DNA from: Promethearchaeum syntrophicum
GTDB taxonomy: Archaea > Asgardarchaeota > Lokiarchaeia > Sigyniarchaeales > Promethearchaeaceae
NCBI RefSeq assembly: GCF_008000775.2
Contig: NZ_CP042905.2
Span: 3,390,001 to 3,422,000 of the forward strand
Direction: 5' to 3'
DNA: 32,000 bases
Shown here piece by piece: positions 26,788 through 32,000 of the stretch (positions within the stretch are counted from its first letter, which is position 1; the number at the start of each line of letters is the position of its first letter). A program made the position numbers and the translations under genes. The notes under the pieces were generated by a model, which searched no databases, had not been told where the DNA came from, and saw nothing but the letters and a program-made list of their open reading frames with translations.

Positions 26788-27855
26788 CTAAACTTTATCT
26801 ACCCATCCAAAATGGTCTTTAACTAATCCGGATTGAATTCCCGTTATTTCATCAAATAATTGTTGACTCAGAGGTCCAACTTTAAAATCATTTAATATAT
26901 ATTCTTGATCTTGATAATAAATTGATCCAATTGGCGCAATGACTGCCGCAGTCCCCATTCCAAACATCTCACTTAATGTACCATCCTTTAAAGCTTGAAT
27001 TATTTCATCAATGCTTATTTTTCGCTCAGTAATTTTAATTCCCTTTTTTTTACAGATTTCAATTACGGAATTTCGAGTAATTCCTGGAAGTATTGCCCCA
27101 TCTAGTTCAGGGGTTATTACTTCATTGTTAATTACAAATGAAACATTCATAGCTCCAATTTCTGAAGCATATTTCATTTCTTTTGCATCCAACCATAATA
27201 CTTGTGAAAAACCCTTTTTTTCAGCATCAGTTGAAGCTTTTAACGATGCAGCGTAATTTCCTCCAGTTTTAGCATCTCCAATGCCTCCAGGACATGCTCG
27301 AACATGGAAAGTTTCAACAGCTATTTTTACAGGTTTAAAACCATTTTTAAAATATGCCCCTACAGGACTTAAAATTATGTAAAACAAATATTCATCAGCA
27401 GAATGAACACCGAGAAAAGGTTGACTTGCAATCATCGTAGGTCGGATGTATAATGCGGTTCCTTTTTCTTTAGGTACCCAAGCTTTTTCCAGTTTGAGCA
27501 ATTCTTTCAATGCATTGATAATGTAATCAATATCAAGTTTTGGCATACACATTTTTTCTGCGGAATTATTCATTCTCTTGAAATTCATATCTGGTCTAAA
27601 TAAATCAATAGTACCATCTTCATGACCATAGCATTTCATTCCTTCGAAAATTTCTTGTCCATAATGTAAAACACTTGCCGCAGGATCTAAACTTAGATTC
27701 CCATAGGGAATAATTTTCGCAGGGCCCCATCCTCCCTGTGATTTTTTATATTCCATAATTAACATGTGATCTGTAAAATTCTTGCCAAATCTTAACTTAG
27801 AATAATCTTTTGGGATTTCTTTCAAATTTTTTGCTTTAATTATTTCGATTTCCAA
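26788..27855 (-). CDS. ilvE: Branched-chain amino acid aminotransferase (class IV PLP), upstream paralog
   Basis: Same motif set: HYGQEIFEGMKCY, LYIRP, GIGDAKTGGNYAASL, GITR, GMGTAA. TTG start at 27855 with AGGTGA 6 nt upstream. Confidence 0.93.
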   Translation of the reverse strand: MEIEIIKAKNLKEIPKDYSKLRFGKNFTDHMLIMEYKKSQGGWGPAKIIPYGNLSLDPAASVLHYGQEIFEGMKCYGHEDGTIDLFRPDMNFKRMNNSAEKMCMPKLDIDYIINALKELLKLEKAWVPKEKGTALYIRPTMIASQPFLGVHSADEYLFYIILSPVGAYFKNGFKPVKIAVETFHVRACPGGIGDAKTGGNYAASLKASTDAEKKGFSQVLWLDAKEMKYASEIGAMNVSFVINNEVITPELDGAILPGITRNSVIEICKKKGIKITERKISIDEIIQALKDGTLSEMFGMGTAAVIAPIGSIYYQDQEYILNDFKVGPLSQQLFDEITGIQSGLVKDHFGWVDKV

Positions 27856-28020
27856 TTATTTCACCTTAGATAAATTAATAGTAAAAAGTCATTCATATTA
27901 ATTTCTGAAGGATAATTATAAAATATTTTGCATAGAAGAGAAGATTGGGAAAATAGTGGGAAAAAATTCAAGTAGATCGATTAGTTATAGATTTTGATTA
28001 ATAATAATGCTTAAAAATTG

Positions 28021-28028
28021 AGTCTTTT
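28021..28028. repeat. Left copy of the 8-bp direct repeat agtctttt flanking the IS
   Basis: Identical to 30199-30206. Confidence 0.6.
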
Positions 28029-28071
28029 TGACCATAGAAAAAAAATAATGAAAAAGAAAAAAAATTTAGCC

Positions 28072-28090
28072 TGGGGGTCGTTGACCCCCA
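28072..28090 (-). terminator. G+C-rich hairpin plus T8, downstream of the transposase stop
   Basis: tgggggtc (28072-28079) pairs with gaccccca (28083-28090) around a 3-nt loop. On the minus strand it is followed by a T8 run (plus-strand A8 at 28047-28054). Alternatively it is an IS right-end structure. Confidence 0.45.
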
Positions 28091-28097
28091 TTAAAGA

Positions 28098-29633
28098 CTA
28101 AATCTTATTTTTTTTTGAATCCACCTTAGTCCCTTGCAGTTCCACTACATTTGCCTTCCGTATCAATTGTTGGAAACCCTTTATCAAGAAGAAGCGACTT
28201 TTGGAGGTCATATATTGTGAGTTGGTAACCAAAAGTTGAGATATATCACGACGGAGACTGCGAGTTTGGGGAAATTCTAACATTGTACCGTGTTTGGTAT
28301 TTCGGCGCTGCAATCGCTGTATTTTCGCCTTGGTTTGTTCAAAAGTCGCATCATAGGAAACATTATTTACTAGGACTTGATATATAATGCGACTGAGTTT
28401 TTGAGCCACTCGCATCACGGCTTTCTTGTAAGGAAGTCCTCTTAAAACATACTGGCGATGAGCAAATTTAGCTAAGTCGCTTCCCTTGGCATAACCGTTG
28501 ACATATAACATGGCAATTTGTGATAAGGCGGTCCGAAGATGAGTATTAGTAAACCGATTGATATGACCGGGAGTAAATGTTCCTCCACTTTCCTTTATTT
28601 CAGGAACTACTCCGCAATATTTAGCAAAAGCCTTCCAATTGACAAACCGTCGAAAATCCCCTAATTCAGTAATTAAACGCAAGGCGGAAACTTGCCCTAC
28701 ACAGGGAATTCGGAGAAGTTGGAGGTACCAATATTCGAATTCAGCATCCTTAAGAATTTGTTTTTCGGTTTGCAATAAATATTGGGCAGCATTTGTTTCT
28801 GCTTGGAGATATTGGATGACTAATTGTCGCAAGTTGAACCGAGAAGTTTTGGGAAGTTCTATGTTAAAATAAGGCACATAATCATCTTGATGTTTCATCA
28901 AGCTGCTGATTGATCGCTTTTCTAACTGAGATGATTCTACCATTGCTTTAAATGCCCGTTTCATCGGACCTTCAGTTGTAATCATAAAATCGAGCAAGTG
29001 TAATTCCCATTCATGATGAAGATTAAGTTTATGCATGAAATTGACACTGCATAATACTCGATGAATACGATTCACGTATTTATTAGCTGCTTTCTTTGCA
29101 TGCTTGTAATTTCGCAGAGTATCCCGCAAATGGAAAAACTCGGGAGTACCGATATAACTTGGTCGTATTAATCGATCGTAGAAGCTAAGTTCTGCCATGC
29201 CTTGAGCATCTGCTTTATCATGTTTGTTTCCCAAATCGGTCAATTTACGGTGGACCAATAATGGATTCATTGCAATAATTTTCGTCTTTGAATTCGGAAA
29301 TGCATCTTCCAAGGCGTGATATACAGGTCGATGATATATGCCTGTGCATTCCATTAAATAATGGGAAACGGGAAGATATTTCTGTAAGAACTGGGTTAAT
29401 TCCTGCAATCCTTGAGGTTGATTTCGAAATTTATGGGTTCGAATTTGAATAATCAAGTTTTGCTCAGTTTGGGCCGCGACACTCACCACAATGTTCTCCT
29501 TATGAACATCTAAGCCGACCCCATATCGGACAATTTCAATTTCAGCACCAGATGAAGTAGATCCTTGAGAACTTCTCCTGGATTTTCGACGGGTTGTTTT
29601 TTTCCTAAAGCTTTTTGAGGGATTATGACTCAT
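28098..29633 (-). CDS. IS110-family DEDD (RuvC-like) transposase/recombinase, intact
   Basis: N-terminal DEDD blocks: GLDVHK, YLMECTGIYH, NKHDKADAQGMAEL. C-terminal IS116/IS110/IS902 domain: LLRIPCVGQVSALRLITELGDFRRF, FAKYCGVVPEIKESGG, GHINRFTNTHLRTAL. 511 aa, including a basic, Ser-rich N-terminal extension of about 30 aa. Confidence 0.9.
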   Translation of the reverse strand: MSHNPSKSFRKKTTRRKSRRSSQGSTSSGAEIEIVRYGVGLDVHKENIVVSVAAQTEQNLIIQIRTHKFRNQPQGLQELTQFLQKYLPVSHYLMECTGIYHRPVYHALEDAFPNSKTKIIAMNPLLVHRKLTDLGNKHDKADAQGMAELSFYDRLIRPSYIGTPEFFHLRDTLRNYKHAKKAANKYVNRIHRVLCSVNFMHKLNLHHEWELHLLDFMITTEGPMKRAFKAMVESSQLEKRSISSLMKHQDDYVPYFNIELPKTSRFNLRQLVIQYLQAETNAAQYLLQTEKQILKDAEFEYWYLQLLRIPCVGQVSALRLITELGDFRRFVNWKAFAKYCGVVPEIKESGGTFTPGHINRFTNTHLRTALSQIAMLYVNGYAKGSDLAKFAHRQYVLRGLPYKKAVMRVAQKLSRIIYQVLVNNVSYDATFEQTKAKIQRLQRRNTKHGTMLEFPQTRSLRRDISQLLVTNSQYMTSKSRFFLIKGFQQLIRKANVVELQGTKVDSKKNKI

Positions 29634-30198
29634 TGTAACTCACTGGATTCAGGTTGATTGAATCCATCACCGAGAGCAATTGTTCGTTGCAATTGCTCTC
29701 AATTCTTTCTTTTGGTCGGATTTTTTACCAATGAAAGGATTTTCGCCAATATCACACCATTTCACGCGGATCTCACAAGGGATTGGTCCTTACACGGTCT
29801 GTTCAGACCCTCAAAGCGGATGCAAAGCCAAAAAAGATCCCAAAAGGCTCTGCATCCAATGCTGTGAGGCGTGACAATATTTTATTAAATGACCACTCCC
29901 GTGATCACCTGGAAAAGAAGCTTTCTGTGGATCTTCCCTGTAAGTTTTCACGGAGGTTAGCCAAAGTCTTTGAAAGATGGGTGACCTCGAGCTTCAAATC
30001 CCAAGAATGGTCTTGGAATTCGGATCTCACGCAAAGGAATGACAAATTTTTTTTCGATATGATCGGGCGAACCGAGTCACATAAAAAGAACATTGTTCTC
30101 CAGTCCCCTTGGGATCCGCCTGCAACGAGTAGATTGGCGGTAATTATTATTTTGTCGGCAGATTATTTAATACTTTCGGAGTGCTAAGTGCTCCAAAA
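29634..30198 (-). ncRNA. Candidate bridge/guide RNA region (non-coding left end of the IS110-family element)
   Basis: There is no convincing ORF. Perfect stems are dense: 29644-29651/29659-29666, 29672-29682/29690-29700 and 30001-30006/30011-30016, plus 29818-29829/29846-29857 with one mismatch. Internal segments complement or copy the insertion junction (see findings). Orientation and exact ends are unknown. Confidence 0.4.
29644..29671. repeat. Inner copy of a 28-nt hairpin-containing inverted repeat
   Basis: tggattcaggttgattgaatccatcacc. Its last 12 nt (29660-29671) are the perfect reverse complement of 30207-30218, and its first 4 nt also match the partner. Confidence 0.7.
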
Positions 30199-30206
30199 AG
30201 TCTTTT
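30199..30206. repeat. Right copy of the 8-bp direct repeat agtctttt flanking the IS
   Basis: Identical to 28021-28028. It abuts the outer inverted-repeat copy. Confidence 0.6.
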
Positions 30207-30234
30207 GGTGATGGATTCCTAAGTATGAATTCCA
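30207..30234. repeat. Outer copy of the 28-nt hairpin-containing inverted repeat (presumed target-side palindrome)
   Basis: ggtgatggattcctaagtatgaattcca. It forms its own imperfect hairpin (tggattc / gaattcca with one bulge). It lies immediately outside the right direct repeat. Confidence 0.65.
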
Positions 30235-30395
30235 AAATTACACAAATTCAAAGAGCTTTCCTTTTCTATAAGTAAAAATCATGTTTAAGATGAAAATGGC
30301 GAAGGAGTTGAGTTGGAGAAATGACCTTCTTCAAAATAAAGCAAAAAATCGTAATTTAAGGAACTTCAAAAAAAAATATAATAAAAAATTAAATA

Positions 30396-31520
30396 TTATT
30401 CTTCTACAGCAGCAGTAACATTACCTTTTATTGATTTCATATGGGCATAATATTCTTCTCTCATTAATTCTAATGCTTTTACCAATACATTTGAATTTTG
30501 AGCCCGACTGCGGTATTGTTTTCGAATTGTGTCAACTAAATACCGGGGGTAGAATTTATCTATATAGAAATCACAAGTTAAGCAAAAGTATTCATTACCT
30601 TTGTCATCTTTAAACACTGCAACCATTTTTGTTTCCCAAAAGGATTTTAATACTCTATCAACATCGTCTACTCCCTTTTTCCGTAATTTCTCTAAATCAT
30701 TGCGAGTGACTATTGCTTCACGCATTAATTTTAACACTTCATAACATGCAGGATCCAATAATACTTTTTCAATGATTTCTATATTGTCTCGCTCACTTGG
30801 TGTATAATGTTTGAAGAAATTACGAATTTCAGAGGTATATTCGCCCACTAACGATTGAGGTAGGTGTCTATCAACGGGATCCTTTATTAATTCTGCAGGA
30901 GGGACTCTGAGAGCCATAATATCTTCAGAAAGAAATACTAAATCGGAAGACATGCCTTTGACAGAAGCAATTTTAGCAATCCCAAGTTTGACCATCGCAT
31001 TTAATATGTTTTCAATATCTACAAAACCTTCTTTGTACTGATCTTTTAACCATATAGAGATTTCAGATTTGGAAATGACACATTCTTCTCTGAGTCTCTC
31101 TAAAATCATACGTTTAATCTCGCTGTTTAGAAACATTCCATATCTCTGTTCTTCCTTTAGAGTTGGATAAACAGATAAGCGTTGGAATAAGGGAGGTAGA
31201 ATCGCATTCAAAGAATCCGACTCTAAATTCATAAGAATTTGACGTGTAATATCAGACAAACCCTCTTCATATACATCTCCATCTTCTTCCATGGATAGAA
31301 TCAGAATAACGTAAATTGCTGATTCTGGACCGGTATAATAGGAGGCCAGATTAACAGCGCCGGCTGCGATTGAAACTAACCCTGCTTCCCCAGTAAATTC
31401 GTGTTGGGAATAGAGTTGCATCAGTGTTTTTTCTTGAATTGTGGCTTCTTGTGGATAGGCCCCAAGTACTTCGACACCCATACGTTCATCCCAATGCATT
31501 ATGACTAATCCGGAAGGCAT
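30396..31520 (-). CDS. Hypothetical protein: longin/roadblock-like N-terminal domain plus two winged-helix-like modules
   Basis: 374 aa. The N-terminal ~100 aa (GLVIMHWDERMGVEVLGAYPQE ... AIYVILILSMEED ... ITRQILMNLE) show a beta-beta-alpha-beta-beta-alpha pattern. Two later segments resemble winged helices: SKSEISIWLK..LNAMVKLGIAKIASVKG and CYEVLKLMREAIVTRNDLEKL..MVAVFKDDKGNEYFCLT. A strong GGAGGG SD at 31529-31534 makes the coding call firm; the domain calls are by eye. Confidence 0.7.
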   Translation of the reverse strand: MPSGLVIMHWDERMGVEVLGAYPQEATIQEKTLMQLYSQHEFTGEAGLVSIAAGAVNLASYYTGPESAIYVILILSMEEDGDVYEEGLSDITRQILMNLESDSLNAILPPLFQRLSVYPTLKEEQRYGMFLNSEIKRMILERLREECVISKSEISIWLKDQYKEGFVDIENILNAMVKLGIAKIASVKGMSSDLVFLSEDIMALRVPPAELIKDPVDRHLPQSLVGEYTSEIRNFFKHYTPSERDNIEIIEKVLLDPACYEVLKLMREAIVTRNDLEKLRKKGVDDVDRVLKSFWETKMVAVFKDDKGNEYFCLTCDFYIDKFYPRYLVDTIRKQYRSRAQNSNVLVKALELMREEYYAHMKSIKGNVTAAVEE

Positions 31521-31522
31521 TT

Positions 31523-32000
31523 TTAGATCCCTCCTGTAGCTTCTTCACTAGATGATAATAATTCATCACTAGGAACAGATTCTTTACCAATTCCAAGAAT
31601 CTCATTTAAATTCAAATCAAGTAATTTCCAATACTCATCAAATTTCTCAATAATTTCTTCGTTAGCTGAAACAGAGATATTGTCATCAGATATGGTCTTC
31701 TTTCCAGAAATATCGGATAAAACTTTGTTAATCATCTTAACAAATGCAGGAATTCGAGCATTTTGCACAAGTTTATACCCAACTAAAGATCCAACTAAAA
31801 TTACTACTGCTCCTACTCCCAATAACAGATAGAAGGTTGGAAAACCATCAAAGATTTCATCCATTTTAATGGTGATTGAAATAGTTTCTGATACTTCAGA
31901 ATAATGATCAGCAGTAATGGTTAAAGTTCCTTGGAAGGTATTATCACGGAAGAATGCATTTATTTGTTCCTTAGAATAGCTAACATTAGCAGTATACACA
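31523..32000 (-). CDS. Single-pass membrane protein, 5'-truncated by the window edge (hypothetical)
   Basis: The ORF is open to the window end. It has one clear TM helix (FPTFYLLLGVGAVVILVGSLVGYKLV) and an acidic cytoplasmic tail. Its TAA stop lies 2 nt before the ATG of the downstream gene. Confidence 0.6.
   Translation of the reverse strand, partial: VYTANVSYSKEQINAFFRDNTFQGTLTITADHYSEVSETISITIKMDEIFDGFPTFYLLLGVGAVVILVGSLVGYKLVQNARIPAFVKMINKVLSDISGKKTISDDNISVSANEEIIEKFDEYWKLLDLNLNEILGIGKESVPSDELLSSSEEATGGI

Larger units (their letters stand above)
28021..30206 (-). mobile_element. IS110-family insertion sequence (about 2.18 kb) with proposed boundaries
   Basis: The 8-bp direct repeat agtctttt occurs at 28021-28028 and 30199-30206. 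It brackets the transposase gene and a G+C-richer non-coding region. By my count 29641-29700 holds 27/60 G+C, against 12/60 in 30361-30420 outside. The boundaries are inferred, not proven. Confidence 0.6.

Noticed and set aside
25795-27256. Antisense ORFs inside both ilvE genes (25795-26181 and 27011-27256) that resemble each other
   Set aside because: Their similarity simply mirrors the paralogy of the host genes on the opposite strand. There is no independent evidence that they are coding.
29658-30187. Four overlapping ORFs (three plus-strand, one minus-strand; 62-134 aa) in the region 5' of the transposase
   Set aside because: They overlap each other in different frames, use weak starts (for example TTG at 29783) and show no SD or recognisable motif. 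They also coincide with dense stem-loops. The region is better explained as structured non-coding RNA, although a small accessory protein cannot be excluded.
29644-30234. The 28-nt inverted repeats at 29644-29671 and 30207-30234 as terminal inverted repeats of a separate ~590-bp MITE inserted next to the transposase
   Set aside because: The outer copy lies outside the 8-bp direct repeat that brackets the whole G+C-rich unit. The inner copy would leave only 10 nt between the MITE and the transposase ATG, and IS110-family elements lack classical TIRs. A guide/target relationship fits better. The MITE alternative remains open until other copies are examined.
30281-30418. A 45-codon basic ORF (MFKMKMAKELSWRNDLLQNK...) between the IS and the 30396-31520 gene
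   Set aside because: It is low-complexity and K/N-rich, has no SD, and its 3' end overlaps the convergent gene. It is most likely spurious.
2264-30613. Other antisense or alternate-frame ORFs from the track: 2264-2458, 3042-3278, 4867-5232, 5488-5760, 10483-10716, 14403-14759, 19594-19827, 21750-21947, 23554-23982, 24615-24842, 28639-28872, 30431-30613
   Set aside because: Each is fully embedded in, or largely overlaps, a longer ORF with clear family motifs. None has a recognisable motif or SD of its own.
1-32000. A scan for CRISPR arrays, tRNA genes and rRNA genes
   Set aside because: There are no regularly spaced direct repeats. No G+C-rich cloverleaf-sized islands occur in any intergenic region, and there are no rRNA-like conserved blocks. 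The only G+C-rich non-coding island is the IS-associated region.

Overview
This is an AT-rich (about 30% G+C by eye), gene-dense chromosomal segment, and it is most likely archaeal. TTG starts are forced in several genes, GGTGA/GGAGG Shine-Dalgarno motifs are common, and genes end in oligo-T tracts. It also encodes a Rab-like small GTPase and two longin/roadblock-like proteins. Together these suggest an Asgard (Loki-like) lineage, but that is inference only. I support about 27 protein genes. (1) nt 1-12206 is a co-directional block of three giant double-FtsX ABC permeases and two MacB/LolD-like ATPases, interrupted by a polytopic membrane zinc-ribbon protein and a small HTH/coiled-coil protein. 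(2) Housekeeping genes include an endonuclease-IV-like TIM barrel, 5-formyl-THF cyclo-ligase, purH, guaB, an HD hydrolase, a SAM methyltransferase, a ThiF/MoeB E1-like enzyme, a TusA-like protein, leuCD, adk and two tandem ilvE paralogs. (3) nt 28021-30206 is a G+C-richer insertion of about 2.18 kb, flanked by an 8-bp direct repeat. It carries an intact IS110-family DEDD recombinase gene and about 565 nt of hairpin-dense non-coding DNA 5' of that gene. Segments inside this non-coding region match or complement the insertion junction and the predicted circle junction. I read it as a candidate, unusually long bridge/guide RNA, and it is the most interesting object in the window. (4) At the right edge, a longin-like plus winged-helix-like protein is translationally coupled to a single-pass membrane protein. 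I saw no rRNA, tRNA or CRISPR array. All family calls come from motifs read by eye; no database search was possible.
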